A stretch of DNA of 64,000 nt, taken from NCBI GenBank assembly GCA_017560145.1, contig JAFYON010000047.1, positions 2,906-66,905 of the forward strand, given 5' to 3'. Under the pieces are notes generated by a model that searched no databases, had not been told where the DNA came from, and worked only from the letters and a program-made list of their open reading frames with translations. Made by a program: the position numbers and the translations under genes. Below are positions 54,670-64,000 of this stretch, in pieces. How positions within the stretch are numbered: position 1 is the first letter of the stretch; every line of letters begins with the position of its first letter. This stretch comes from Clostridia bacterium. Its GTDB lineage: Bacteria; Bacillota; Clostridia; Oscillospirales; CAG-382.

Positions 54670-56031
54670 TTATTTCAATCGTTTTCCGTCGAACAGATCG
54701 TCACCGCTGATTATTACCGAATCGTGCAGCGACAGCTCGGTCTGCGATGAATATGCGATATCGCGACGGTTGGGATACGCGGGGTTTTTGGGGATCGCGC
54801 AGACGGCATAGCTGCCGTAATTGTAAATGACCGTGGTCTTTTTGAAAACCACCTTCGAGCCGACTACAACGTAAACGCCGATCTCGCCGTCTTGCATACG
54901 GATCGCGTTGTTGTTAACGCGAATGCCCTCGTGCACGGTCGTGGGAAGCTCAACCGTTTGGCAACGGGAATAATCAAAGCCCTCGGGCATTATCTTGGTG
55001 CTGAGCACGAGCACGGTGCTGTTCTTATCGGTACGGTTTATTTTGCGCTCGAGAGTCATATTCAAAACGGTATTGTTCGAATATTGGAAGGTTATCGCGT
55101 AATCTCTTCCTTCCTTGAAGCTTTCTGCGGTGCGCTTGTTTACCGCAACGGCGATATACCAGGTCGAAGACATTACTATCTTACCCGATGATTGCGAAAT
55201 AAGGCTTTTATCGGGTGTGGATTCCGAAAGCTTTTCAAATTCCTCACCGGTAAGATTTTCGAGCACGTCCAAGGTAAAAGAGCTTTCATAGCCGTCGACG
55301 GTCGAATAAAAATATCCGCTCTTGGGCGACTGCAACGTATAGTTTGCCCCGCTCAACTGATTGTTAAGCGATTCTCTTTCCGCCTTAAGCTCCTGCAGCT
55401 CTTTTTTATAGTCGTCGGAATGGGTCAACGCCTGACGGCGGTTCATTAAAATAAGCAGCTCTTCCTTTTCACGCAGGACCTTGTCCAAATCGTTTTCATC
55501 GACCTGCCTTGCGATAGAAAGAATAAGCTCGTTTATCTTGCCGTCGATAAGGGTTATATCTGTCGTCGATGCGCCGGTTGTAAGGCTTGACCTTTCGAGA
55601 ATGTCAATTCTGTTGTCGATCTCGCTTATGCGCTTTTGAATCTTAACATCGTTTTCGTCGGAATAGGTCACAACGATATTCTGACCCAATCTGACCTTTT
55701 CGCCGTCCTCCGCAAGGAAGCAATCGGTGCCCTCTGCGCCCTGAGGGATAAGATATTCATCGCGGAACAAAAAGGCGGAAAGCTCTTCGCGGTCGGTAAT
55801 GTTAACGTAGGTTGCCGTTTCTCGGTCGAGATTTACGCTTACGTTAAGCATAAGCTGAAGAAAAACGTAAGCGACGACCGAAACCGCCATTATTGCGGTG
55901 CCGAACTGTGCAAAGAAGCGCTTTGCAAATTTAATAAATTTGTCGCTTTTGGTTTCCTGCGGCTTTATGCGGCGCGTGGTGACGGCCGTTTCTTTTCGGT
56001 TTTCCGGCAGGCTTTTGTTTTGCTCGCTCAT
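54670..56031 (-). CDS. Membrane-anchored coiled-coil protein, HlyD/membrane-fusion-like
   Basis: 453 aa with one N-terminal TM, a central coiled coil (KKELQELKAERESLNNQL) and beta-rich flanks. The family call is tentative and by architecture only. Confidence 0.4.
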   Translation of the reverse strand: MSEQNKSLPENRKETAVTTRRIKPQETKSDKFIKFAKRFFAQFGTAIMAVSVVAYVFLQLMLNVSVNLDRETATYVNITDREELSAFLFRDEYLIPQGAEGTDCFLAEDGEKVRLGQNIVVTYSDENDVKIQKRISEIDNRIDILERSSLTTGASTTDITLIDGKINELILSIARQVDENDLDKVLREKEELLILMNRRQALTHSDDYKKELQELKAERESLNNQLSGANYTLQSPKSGYFYSTVDGYESSFTLDVLENLTGEEFEKLSESTPDKSLISQSSGKIVMSSTWYIAVAVNKRTAESFKEGRDYAITFQYSNNTVLNMTLERKINRTDKNSTVLVLSTKIMPEGFDYSRCQTVELPTTVHEGIRVNNNAIRMQDGEIGVYVVVGSKVVFKKTTVIYNYGSYAVCAIPKNPAYPNRRDIAYSSQTELSLHDSVIISGDDLFDGKRLK

Positions 56032-56068
56032 CGTTTTCCCTCCTTTGCTTTATTTTACGGAAAATATT

Positions 56069-56947
56069 TTAAATATAAATTATTTCGTCGGCAGGCTTGC
56101 GGTTGAACCAGGTCAGCTGACGCTTTGCATAATGTCTTGTGTTAAGGCAGATCGCCTCTTTGACCGAATCGATACCGTACAAGCCGTCGAAATAGGGATA
56201 AAATTCCTTGTATCCTATCGCTTGCGAGGCGGTCGGCGTTTTGCGCAGGCCCTTTGCAACAAGCGCTTCGACCTCTTTTTCCAAGCCCATTTCAAACATA
56301 ACGTCAACGCGCGCATCGATGCGGTTATATATCGTTTCGCGCTCACGCGGGATGATATAAACCGTATGCGCATCGTATTCGCTTTCGCGCAGCTTGCTTC
56401 TGCGGTCGAGCTCGCTTTTTGTAACACCCGTGTTGTAATACATTTCAAGCGCGCGTACAACACGCTTTACGTTGTTCGGGTGGATGGCACTTGCCGATTC
56501 GGGGTCGATCTCTGCAAGCTTTGCGTGCAAAGCATCGGCGCCGAATTCGTTTGCTTCGGCAAAAAGCCTTTCGCGCAATACAGGGTCATCCTCCGTCGCC
56601 GAAAGCTCGGTGCCCGAAACGAGCGTGTCGATATAAAGCCCCGTGCCTCCTGCGATTATCGGAACCTTCCCGCGGGAAACTACGTCCTTTATCGCCTCTT
56701 TTGCAAGGGTAACGAACCTTGCCGCAGAAAAGGGCTCGGTTATATCGCAGATATCGATAAGATGGTGAGGAATACCCTCCATCTCCTCTTTCGAGGGCTT
56801 TGCGGTGCCGATATCCATTTCGCGGTAGATCTGCATGGAGTCGCCGCTTATTATTTCGCCGCCGAGCTCGGTGGCTTTTTGTATCGCGTATGCACTTTTT
56901 CCGCCGGCTGTTGGGCCGACAACAACGAAAAGTGGGATTTTTTCCAT
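56069..56947 (-). CDS. miaA: tRNA dimethylallyltransferase
   Basis: 292 aa. P-loop GPTAGGKS, SGDSMQIY and GGTGLY motifs. Confidence 0.9.
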   Translation of the reverse strand: MEKIPLFVVVGPTAGGKSAYAIQKATELGGEIISGDSMQIYREMDIGTAKPSKEEMEGIPHHLIDICDITEPFSAARFVTLAKEAIKDVVSRGKVPIIAGGTGLYIDTLVSGTELSATEDDPVLRERLFAEANEFGADALHAKLAEIDPESASAIHPNNVKRVVRALEMYYNTGVTKSELDRRSKLRESEYDAHTVYIIPRERETIYNRIDARVDVMFEMGLEKEVEALVAKGLRKTPTASQAIGYKEFYPYFDGLYGIDSVKEAICLNTRHYAKRQLTWFNRKPADEIIYI

Positions 56948-57212
56948 AATACCGCCCCAACAAAATACGTGCGCTAAGGCGTAGGGATTCCTACGCCTTG
57001 CAGCCTATAATTATCTTAACATAATATGCCGTAAAGTCAATGCATTTTTTATGAATTATTTATTTTCTTTCGGTCGATTCGGCGATATAACGATATCGCG
57101 TTGCTTCTGCCGTGAATAAAAATGTTTTGGTATGTTAATTTGCTATTTACTTTTTATAAAAAAGCGTGTATAATTTAATTTGTATATAATTATTTGTAAG
57201 GGGTGCTTTCAA

Positions 57213-57839
57213 ATGAAGGAAATGACAGTAAAAAGGATTGAAGTCGGTATGCTTCATACGAATTGCTATATTCTTAAAAACTCCGACACGCGCGACGCAA
57301 TAGTTATCGATCCGGGCGATGATCTGACCGTTATTCAGGACGCGCTTCACCGCGCCGATGCGGTTTGCCGTCTTATACTTCTTACGCACGGACATTTCGA
57401 CCACATCCTTGCCGTCGGCGACCTCCGCGGAATAAACATTCCCGTTGCCATTCACGAGGCGGATGCACATATGCTTACCGAGCGAGATATGTTCTCGGCA
57501 ATAATCCCTTACGATCCGCGTCCCTTTGAGCCTGCCGAATTCACCTTCTCGAAGGAGGGCGAATATTCGGTTGCCGGCTTTGATTTTTACGTTATCCCCA
57601 CTCCCGGACATACCCCCGGCAGCGTTTGCTACGTTTTCGACGGTATGATGTTCACGGGGGACACGCTTTTCAAGCAGAGCATCGGCAGAACCGATCTCGG
57701 CGGCGACGAAAAGCTTATGATGCGCTCGCTTCGTGCACTGCGCGATCTCCCCGGTGATTACGATATCTATCCCGGTCACGATATGCCCACAACGCTCGAT
57801 AACGAGCGCAGATATAACCCCTATCTAAAAAACGCATAA
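57213..57839 (+). CDS. MBL-fold metallo-hydrolase (glyoxalase II-like)
   Basis: THGHFDH metal motif. ATG at 57213 after AAGGGG. The track start at 57180 is an extension. Confidence 0.85.
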   Translation: MKEMTVKRIEVGMLHTNCYILKNSDTRDAIVIDPGDDLTVIQDALHRADAVCRLILLTHGHFDHILAVGDLRGINIPVAIHEADAHMLTERDMFSAIIPYDPRPFEPAEFTFSKEGEYSVAGFDFYVIPTPGHTPGSVCYVFDGMMFTGDTLFKQSIGRTDLGGDEKLMMRSLRALRDLPGDYDIYPGHDMPTTLDNERRYNPYLKNA

Positions 57840-57857
57840 AGAAACAAGGAGAGAATT

Positions 57858-59588
57858 ATGAACATTAACTATGGCGTTGCACCGGAAAGCTTTAAGCTTA
57901 TTTGGGGCGACAGAGCAAAAATGAACTTTGCAATGGTTGGCGATTATCCCAAGGAGATCAAGCTTGTTTCCGGTAAAAACGATACCGCCGCCTTTCAGAT
58001 ATTGATCAGCGCTGACGAACTCTTTGCGCTTAACATTTCGAACCAGCCTTGGTTTTCTCAGCAGGTAAGACGTAAAAACATTCGTTTGTCTGCAAAAATG
58101 CCGTTCGAGGCAAAGCTTTCTCACGTTGGAATGCACCTTTGTGACGATGCTTTCTATCGCGGAGACTCCTTGCTTGATAAAAGCGTTGTCGAAACCGATG
58201 CAGAAAACGTTCTTTCGGTTTATTGCGAAATGAAGATCCCCAAGGATGCCGAAAAGGGCAGCTACAACGGTAAAATACTTATTTACGAAAATTACGGCTT
58301 CTCCCGCGAGGAGCTTGTTGGCGAGCTCAACGTAACGCTTGACGTCTTCGGCTTTGTTTTCCCCGAAAATGCCGATAACGGCTTCCATTTGGATCTTTGG
58401 CAGCACCCGTCGAACATCGCACGTCAATACGGTGTCGAGCTTTGGAGCGACGATCACTTTGAGCTTCTTGACAGCTATTGCGCATCGCTTGGCGAGCTTG
58501 GTGTAAAATCGGTTTCGGTAATTGCGTCCGAAATTCCTTGGAACGGACAGGCTTGCCAGAACGAATTAAGATATAAGGCAAACCTTTTCGAATATTCGAT
58601 GATCCCCATAACCCGCCGTGCAGACGGAAGCATGGATTATGATTTTTCGATAATGCAAAGATATATCGACCTCTGCGCAAAATACGGTGTTGAAGAATGT
58701 ATTTCGGTTTTCGGACTTGTAAACGTTTGGGATACCAAGGAATACGGAGGACAGAGAACCGCACCGGATTATCCCGACGGAATCCACGTGCGCTATTTTG
58801 ACGAAGCCACAGGCTCTTACGATTATATTCGCACCGCAAATGAGCTCGATGCATATATAAAGGCGCTCGAATGCTATTTTAACGAAACCAATCAGAACGA
58901 ACGCGTGCGCATTGCGGCAGACGAGCCCGCAGACGTTGTTGCATACAGAGCAAGTCTCGAGCACATCAAATCGGTCGCTCCCTCCTTTAAATACAAGACC
59001 GCTATCAATCACGCAGAATTCGTCAGCGAGTTCGGCAACGACATTTATGACTTCGCTCCCTATATTTCGGCTATGTTCAGCGAATATGACGCGCTTATGA
59101 AATTCAAATCCGAAATGCCCGGCAAGCGCTTCCTTTATTACGTTTGCTGTGCTCCCGAAATTCCCAACAGTTTTATCAGAAGCGAGCTTACCGACGGATA
59201 TTACACCGGCATTCTCGCGGCTTACGCTAAAATGGACGGCTTCTTGCGTTGGAACTACACGGTTTGGACCGATTATCCCAACCTTGATATCCGTTACGGT
59301 CCTTTCCCTGTCGGCGACCTTAACTTTGTATATCCCGGCGCAAACGGAAAGCCTCTTCTCACGTTAAGATGGAAAACGCTCTTCCGCGGCATCAAATACT
59401 TCGCGCTTATCAAGGCAGCTGAAAAACGCGGTCTTACCGAAGCGCTTGACAAGGCATACGATCTTGTTCTCCGCGAAAAGGACGTTAAGAGCCTTTACTG
59501 CAAGTGGGATCGCACAACCGTTATGAGCACCTCCGCAGACGATTACCGCGATTTTGCTACAACACTTATGGAAGCGTTGGAGGCATAG
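57858..59588 (+). CDS. Putative glycoside-hydrolase-like protein (DUF4091-like)
   Basis: 576 aa, cytoplasmic (no signal peptide). The C-terminal W/Y-rich segment (FLRWNYTVWTDYPNLD...GDLNFVYPG) recalls DUF4091/GH123-type proteins. Weak call from memory only. Confidence 0.4.
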   Translation: MNINYGVAPESFKLIWGDRAKMNFAMVGDYPKEIKLVSGKNDTAAFQILISADELFALNISNQPWFSQQVRRKNIRLSAKMPFEAKLSHVGMHLCDDAFYRGDSLLDKSVVETDAENVLSVYCEMKIPKDAEKGSYNGKILIYENYGFSREELVGELNVTLDVFGFVFPENADNGFHLDLWQHPSNIARQYGVELWSDDHFELLDSYCASLGELGVKSVSVIASEIPWNGQACQNELRYKANLFEYSMIPITRRADGSMDYDFSIMQRYIDLCAKYGVEECISVFGLVNVWDTKEYGGQRTAPDYPDGIHVRYFDEATGSYDYIRTANELDAYIKALECYFNETNQNERVRIAADEPADVVAYRASLEHIKSVAPSFKYKTAINHAEFVSEFGNDIYDFAPYISAMFSEYDALMKFKSEMPGKRFLYYVCCAPEIPNSFIRSELTDGYYTGILAAYAKMDGFLRWNYTVWTDYPNLDIRYGPFPVGDLNFVYPGANGKPLLTLRWKTLFRGIKYFALIKAAEKRGLTEALDKAYDLVLREKDVKSLYCKWDRTTVMSTSADDYRDFATTLMEALEA

Positions 59589-59592
59589 ATCG

Positions 59593-60111
59593 ATGAACGA
59601 AACGATCAAAACCCTTACCGAGCGCAGAAGCATTCGCAAATACAGCGACAGACCTGTAAGCAGGGAGGATCTGGATATTATTCTTAAGGCGGGCGTTTAT
59701 GCGCCCACCGGCAGAAACACGCGTGACACGCTCTTTCTCGTCGTTACCCAAAAGGAGCTTTTGTCCCGTTTGTCGAAAATGAACGCGGCTGTCATGGGCA
59801 GCGAAAACGATCCCTTTTACGGCGCGCCCGCGGTTATAGTTGTGTTTGCCGACAGAACGCGCACGACCACGGTCGAGGACGGTGCTTGCGCGATGGCGAA
59901 CCTTATGAACGCCGCATTTTCGTTGGGCATCGACTCCTGCTGGATACACCGCGCAAGAGAAGTTTTTGAATCGGACGAGGGCCGAGAGATCGCAAGATCC
60001 TTCGGCATTCCCGATGAATATATCGGCATCGGCAACTGTATTCTCGGTTACCGCGATTGCGAGCTTCCGACGCCCGTTGAAAGAACACAACCCATAATTT
60101 TTGCAGACTAA
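59593..60111 (+). CDS. Nitroreductase-family protein
   Basis: MNETIKTLTERRSIRKY start at 59593 after GGAGG. Roughly 172 aa, small nitroreductase fold. Confidence 0.85.
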   Translation: MNETIKTLTERRSIRKYSDRPVSREDLDIILKAGVYAPTGRNTRDTLFLVVTQKELLSRLSKMNAAVMGSENDPFYGAPAVIVVFADRTRTTTVEDGACAMANLMNAAFSLGIDSCWIHRAREVFESDEGREIARSFGIPDEYIGIGNCILGYRDCELPTPVERTQPIIFAD

Positions 60112-60127
60112 GTGAGGTTATAAGGAA

Positions 60128-62794
60128 ATGAAGGCTTTTCGTTTTCTTCGCGCGGTTGCGTTTATCTGCTCGCTGTCGCTTTTGCTTCCCTTTGCGGCAG
60201 CTTGCTCGGACGGCACGACCGAAGAATCGGTAGAATCGAACGACTCGCTCCCCGAAGCCGACGCTTCAACCGAAGAAGTGGAAAAGGAAACCGTTACCGT
60301 TGTGGAATCGGAATTCTCGCTTGACGGCATAAACGTTACACCCGAAGGCAAGGGAGTTTATATCTTCACGCCCGATTACGGAAGCGTTGCCACACCCAAG
60401 AGCGAAAGCGAATTTTTCGACGTTGCGGTTATCGACGGATCGGCGGTTTGCGTCTATCCCGACGGTGCAACCGCAATAATCCCGAGCGACGGATTCATCC
60501 TTCGCTTTTGCGAGACCGATCAAGCGGTTTCGGTTGGCGATGCGATAAAATCCAACGCCGTAAGTGTTTCCGCAACCCCCTCGAAATACGTGCGTTTTGG
60601 CGACAAGGTTATTGAGATAGGCCACGAAAACGAGATTCGCACCGACGAGGACACGGGCTGGCTTTATGATTCGCGCTGGTATTCGGCAACTACGACAAGC
60701 AACGTCTGGTGCACCGAAATTGCGGTCAAGGACGGAAGGATCGTTGAAATAAACCGTTCCGGCGATAATATCGGCGACACAAGGATCCCCGAGGGCGGTT
60801 ACGTTCTTGCGGTCGGTCAGGGCTCCTCCTCCGAGCGCAAAACCAATTCGCTTAAGGTCGGCGACGAAGCCGAGATCTTTTTGGGCGACAAGCTTTACAA
60901 TTCAAAAAGCTTTAGTTACGCAGGCAAGGATTGCACCCGTCCAGATAACGGAATTGTAATTTACACGCTCGAAAAATACAAAACGACTCCTATCGGCACG
61001 AACGTTGCCGAGATCGTCGTTAGCAAAAACAACAAAATAATCGGCATATATCCCGATTGCTCGGGTATGAAAAAGATTCCCGACGGAGGTTATATCATCT
61101 CCGCGACCGGAAGCAGCATTTCGGGACTTATCAAGCACGCGCGCATCGGTGCATTCGTTTTTGAAAAAAGGGCAAGAGCATTTTGCATTGCAGTCACACC
61201 CAACGACGTTTTCTACGAGCTGAAGACCACAACCGAAGCTCTTAGAACGCGATACAATAAGTGTCGCGCCGAGGTCGCTTATATCGATTTCATAACGGCG
61301 GCAAATAAGCTTTCGGAGGCAGAAGCGCTCGTTAAATCCGTTGAGGATATCAAGAACGACGGCGAAGCCTTTGCGGTCGCAATAGAAGATCTGAGATCGC
61401 TTACTCGGGAAATCGAGCTTCTGCTTATTCCCCAAATCGAAATTCAGGACAGAACGGCTTGGGTAACCTTAGGCGAATACGATTACAACAAGAGCATAAT
61501 TCTGCACTATAAAACCCAAGAGGACGTAGACCACACGGTAGCTTATGCAAAATCGGTCGGTCTTAACACTCTTATTATCGATAACCTCGCGGCGAACTTT
61601 GCGGTTTACGACAGCGAGATCGAAGGAATAGTCAAGCTTCCTCAGCTTGGAGACGTTGACCTTCTTAAGGCGTTCGAGATCGCTTGCAAGGAGCAAGGCA
61701 TCCGATTGATAATAATGGTCAACGCCTTCTCGAGCGGCGTCGACGGAGTCGTTTATCCCAAAAATCACTATATGTCGATATACAAGGATAAATATCTTAT
61801 CACCAACAAGGGCAGACACGTAGGCCCCGACGGAGTGATAACTCTTGATCCTGCAGACGAGGACGTGCAGGCGTTTAACCTTGCCGTACTGACCGAAATT
61901 TGCGAAAAGTACGACGTTTACGGCGTGCAGGCAGACTATATGCGCTATCCGCTTCCCTGGTATTACCAAGCGCACAATTACGAGGATTTCGGATTTAATG
62001 AAACCTCGAAGTCCGGATTTATCAAGAAATACGGAAAGGATCCCGCGACACTAAGCATTAACGATCCCCTTTGGGAAAAATGGTGCGCGTGGAAGCGCGA
62101 CATCATTTCGGAATATCAAAAGCGCTTTTATCAGACCGCAAAATCCGTTAACCCCGATCTTAACGTAAGCTTTACCTGCTTTGCGGATTACCGCGACAGA
62201 CAGATATATACCTGTCAGGACGTTGAAAAATGGGCTGAAAACGGATATGCCGATGCCATCTATCCTATGATATACGGCGACACCACCGAATATCAGCTCG
62301 GCTACGTGGAAAAGAATCTTCCGATTTCCGAGCACACCGATATGATCATCGGTGTCGGTGCATACGTAAAGGCATCCCACGAATCGATGGAAGAGCAGTT
62401 GATTATGAATTACGGCGTTGCCGTTGAGGGCGTTTCGGTATTCACACTGCGCTATATTTCGATTTGCGGCTACGATTCGCTTTATCGCAAGGTGTTTTCA
62501 AAGGAAGCTATCCCGACCGACACGCGCAACGAGGACTTCTCAACCGCTTGCCGGATAATGATAAGAGACCGCTTGAAAAACATTATTTACGTTACCGAGG
62601 ACAGCGCTGTCAAAGACCGCCTCGAGCGCCTTATTTACTACGTCGTTGGCATTAGATCTCATAACGTTCCATTTGAGGAATACAAGAAATCCATAGAAAA
62701 ATATCTCGAAGACTCCAACTTTGCAGACAACTTTGGTGAAACGGCAAGCGAAAAAGCGGCAGTCGAATTGTTCGACTACGTACTTGGTCTTTAA
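60128..62794 (+). CDS. Large lipoprotein with GHL10 (YngK/COG1649-type glycosyl-hydrolase-like) domain
   Basis: Lipobox LPFAAACSDG. The C-terminal half (RTAWVTLGEY, GLNTLIID, GIRLIIMVNAF, GVQADYMRYP) resembles the family-10-like glycosyl hydrolase fold. Confidence 0.6.
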   Translation: MKAFRFLRAVAFICSLSLLLPFAAACSDGTTEESVESNDSLPEADASTEEVEKETVTVVESEFSLDGINVTPEGKGVYIFTPDYGSVATPKSESEFFDVAVIDGSAVCVYPDGATAIIPSDGFILRFCETDQAVSVGDAIKSNAVSVSATPSKYVRFGDKVIEIGHENEIRTDEDTGWLYDSRWYSATTTSNVWCTEIAVKDGRIVEINRSGDNIGDTRIPEGGYVLAVGQGSSSERKTNSLKVGDEAEIFLGDKLYNSKSFSYAGKDCTRPDNGIVIYTLEKYKTTPIGTNVAEIVVSKNNKIIGIYPDCSGMKKIPDGGYIISATGSSISGLIKHARIGAFVFEKRARAFCIAVTPNDVFYELKTTTEALRTRYNKCRAEVAYIDFITAANKLSEAEALVKSVEDIKNDGEAFAVAIEDLRSLTREIELLLIPQIEIQDRTAWVTLGEYDYNKSIILHYKTQEDVDHTVAYAKSVGLNTLIIDNLAANFAVYDSEIEGIVKLPQLGDVDLLKAFEIACKEQGIRLIIMVNAFSSGVDGVVYPKNHYMSIYKDKYLITNKGRHVGPDGVITLDPADEDVQAFNLAVLTEICEKYDVYGVQADYMRYPLPWYYQAHNYEDFGFNETSKSGFIKKYGKDPATLSINDPLWEKWCAWKRDIISEYQKRFYQTAKSVNPDLNVSFTCFADYRDRQIYTCQDVEKWAENGYADAIYPMIYGDTTEYQLGYVEKNLPISEHTDMIIGVGAYVKASHESMEEQLIMNYGVAVEGVSVFTLRYISICGYDSLYRKVFSKEAIPTDTRNEDFSTACRIMIRDRLKNIIYVTEDSAVKDRLERLIYYVVGIRSHNVPFEEYKKSIEKYLEDSNFADNFGETASEKAAVELFDYVLGL

Positions 62795-62797
62795 GAC

Positions 62798-62840
62798 AAA
62801 AAAATACTCGCCACCTCGAATGAGGTGGCGAGTTTTTTAT
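62798..62840. terminator. Bidirectional terminator (GHL10 lipoprotein gene / ABC permease)
   Basis: AAAAAAATACTCGCCACCTC-GAAT-GAGGTGGCGAGTTTTTT. Confidence 0.85.
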
Positions 62841-62845
62841 TTGCT

Positions 62846-63838
62846 TTAACGCTCCTCACGGAAATAGTTAAGACCCAAGGCAGCGGGAAGACCGCTTCTT
62901 CCGCGCTTGTTCTTGATCGACGTAACGACAAGAACGATTGCGGTAATAATAAAGGGAAGCGCCTGATAAAGCTGGGTGGGAACGTCTGCAAGCCAACCGA
63001 GAAAATCGGGGAATGCCAACGCAAGACTGCTTCCCGAAACACGAAGCGTGTTGAAGAAGCCGAACACGAAGGTACCGATAATTGCAATCGAAGGATTCCA
63101 GTTTGCAAAGATAACCAACGCAACCGCGATCCAACCGTAGCCGTTTATCCAGCAGCTCGAGTTGAACGAGCCGGACATATTAAGTCCCATATAATATCCG
63201 CCGATGCCCATAATGCCACAGCCGAGGCAGATATGGAAATATTTGCTTCTCTTTACGTTTATGCCGACAGAGTCTGCCGCCGCAGGATTTTCGCCGATAG
63301 CGCGAAGGCGAAGACCGAATTTGGTGTGCTTTAAATACCACCACATAAATATCGCGATCGCAATACCGAGATATACCAAAACGTTGTGGCTGAAAAAGCC
63401 GCTACCGATTATCGGAATATCCGAAAGCAGAGGAATGCTGATATCCGAAAAGCCTTCCTTGAGGCTTTCGGTAATAGTGGGCCAGTTGCCGCTTGCTCTT
63501 AAGCCGTTACCTACGAAGAAGTAAATGCCCAAGCCGAAGGTCGTGAGCGTAAGACCGGTGATGTTCTGGTTTGCCTGAAGCGAAACGGTAAGCGCAGCAA
63601 AAAGCAATCCGAACAATGCGCCTGCAATAAACGCGGTGAGGATGCCGACTATCATACTGTTTGCATAACAACCGCAGATATAACCGAAAATCGCGCCGAC
63701 CGCCATCGTGCCCTCGACACCGAGGTTAAGGCTGCCCGACTTTTCAACGACGATCTCGCCGACAGTGCCGTAAAGCAAGGGGATGTTCAAAAGAACGATG
63801 TTGTGGATAAACGATGTGATAACGCCGACCTTATCCAT
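62846..63838 (-). CDS. ABC transporter permease (BMP/nucleoside-simple sugar type)
   Basis: 330 aa polytopic protein. LLYGTVGEIVVEKSGSLNLGVEGTMAVGA is typical of this permease family. Confidence 0.8.
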   Translation of the reverse strand: MDKVGVITSFIHNIVLLNIPLLYGTVGEIVVEKSGSLNLGVEGTMAVGAIFGYICGCYANSMIVGILTAFIAGALFGLLFAALTVSLQANQNITGLTLTTFGLGIYFFVGNGLRASGNWPTITESLKEGFSDISIPLLSDIPIIGSGFFSHNVLVYLGIAIAIFMWWYLKHTKFGLRLRAIGENPAAADSVGINVKRSKYFHICLGCGIMGIGGYYMGLNMSGSFNSSCWINGYGWIAVALVIFANWNPSIAIIGTFVFGFFNTLRVSGSSLALAFPDFLGWLADVPTQLYQALPFIITAIVLVVTSIKNKRGRSGLPAALGLNYFREER

Positions 63839-64000
63839 TAATCATTGCCCCCTTTCTTTACACGTACGATGCGGAAACGAACGAAGAAGTCCGCAACGAG
63901 AACCAAAAACAGAATTACGCCCTGAAGCATATTCGCAAAGCTCGAATCGACCTGCGAGAAGGAAACCGCCGCAACGGTCGAGCCGTGCTGGAGGACGCAA
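63838..64000 (-). CDS. ABC transporter permease, C-terminal fragment (gene starts beyond right edge)
   Basis: The reverse-strand frame reads ...CVLQHGSTVAAVSFSQVDSSFANMLQGVILFLVLVADFFVRFRIVRVKKGGND and stops at TAA (63840-63838), sharing one base with the downstream ATG (TAATG). Confidence 0.6.
   Translation of the reverse strand, partial: CVLQHGSTVAAVSFSQVDSSFANMLQGVILFLVLVADFFVRFRIVRVKKGGND

Overview
This window is a dense, mostly housekeeping chromosomal segment of a Clostridia-type Firmicute. Lineage clues are the spore protein ytfJ, dockerin- and SLH-bearing surface proteins, a split transketolase and a two-gene sufCB. I call 65 protein-coding genes, two of them cut by the window edges. 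I also call one FMN riboswitch in front of a ribU-type riboflavin transporter, nine near-consensus sigma-A-type promoters and 15 intrinsic terminators. I saw no rRNA, tRNA, CRISPR array, transposase, integrase or prophage genes.

Gene content:
- Replication: a loader operon of DUF1934, dnaD-like, dnaC-like and rnhA.
- Cell wall and proteolysis: murI, ddl, clpP.
- Transport: trkH-trkA, ribU, an orphan solute-binding lipoprotein and two ABC permeases.
- Central metabolism: ackA, gpmI, nagB, ldhA-like, split tkt.
- Nucleic acid and translation functions: tmcAL, sufCB, yhbY, dut, hslO, xseA, nusB, scpAB, mnmA, rlmH, tcdA, rqcH, rluD, lspA, ileS, miaA.
- Cell division: divIVA, yggT, sepF and yggS.
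- Glycan-related genes of unknown function: DUF4434, a discoidin plus SGNH-like protein, a DUF4091-like protein and a GHL10-like protein.

I do not see a convincing new multi-gene system. There is no defence-, toxin- or secretion-like cluster, and I will not claim one.

The parts that ordinary annotation does not explain are mostly non-coding:
1. A perfect 27-nt hairpin is duplicated 274 bp apart. The two copies bracket a roughly 300-bp structured cassette at the 3' end of an SLH lipoprotein gene.
2. A 396-bp spacer between convergent genes carries a degenerate repeat of about 84 bp and a hairpin related to one inside that cassette.
3. A compact three-way-junction fold sits between two terminators downstream of dut.

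Protein-level oddities are tandem zinc-ribbon/DUF4190 paralogs with low-complexity linkers, an uncharacterised four-gene operon (MBL hydrolase, DUF4091-like, nitroreductase, GHL10 lipoprotein), and a DUF4434 gene translationally coupled to an FAD enzyme.

The many long ORFs antisense to real genes in the supplied track are codon-aligned shadow frames. They stay open because the sense genes avoid TTA, CTA and TCA codons.
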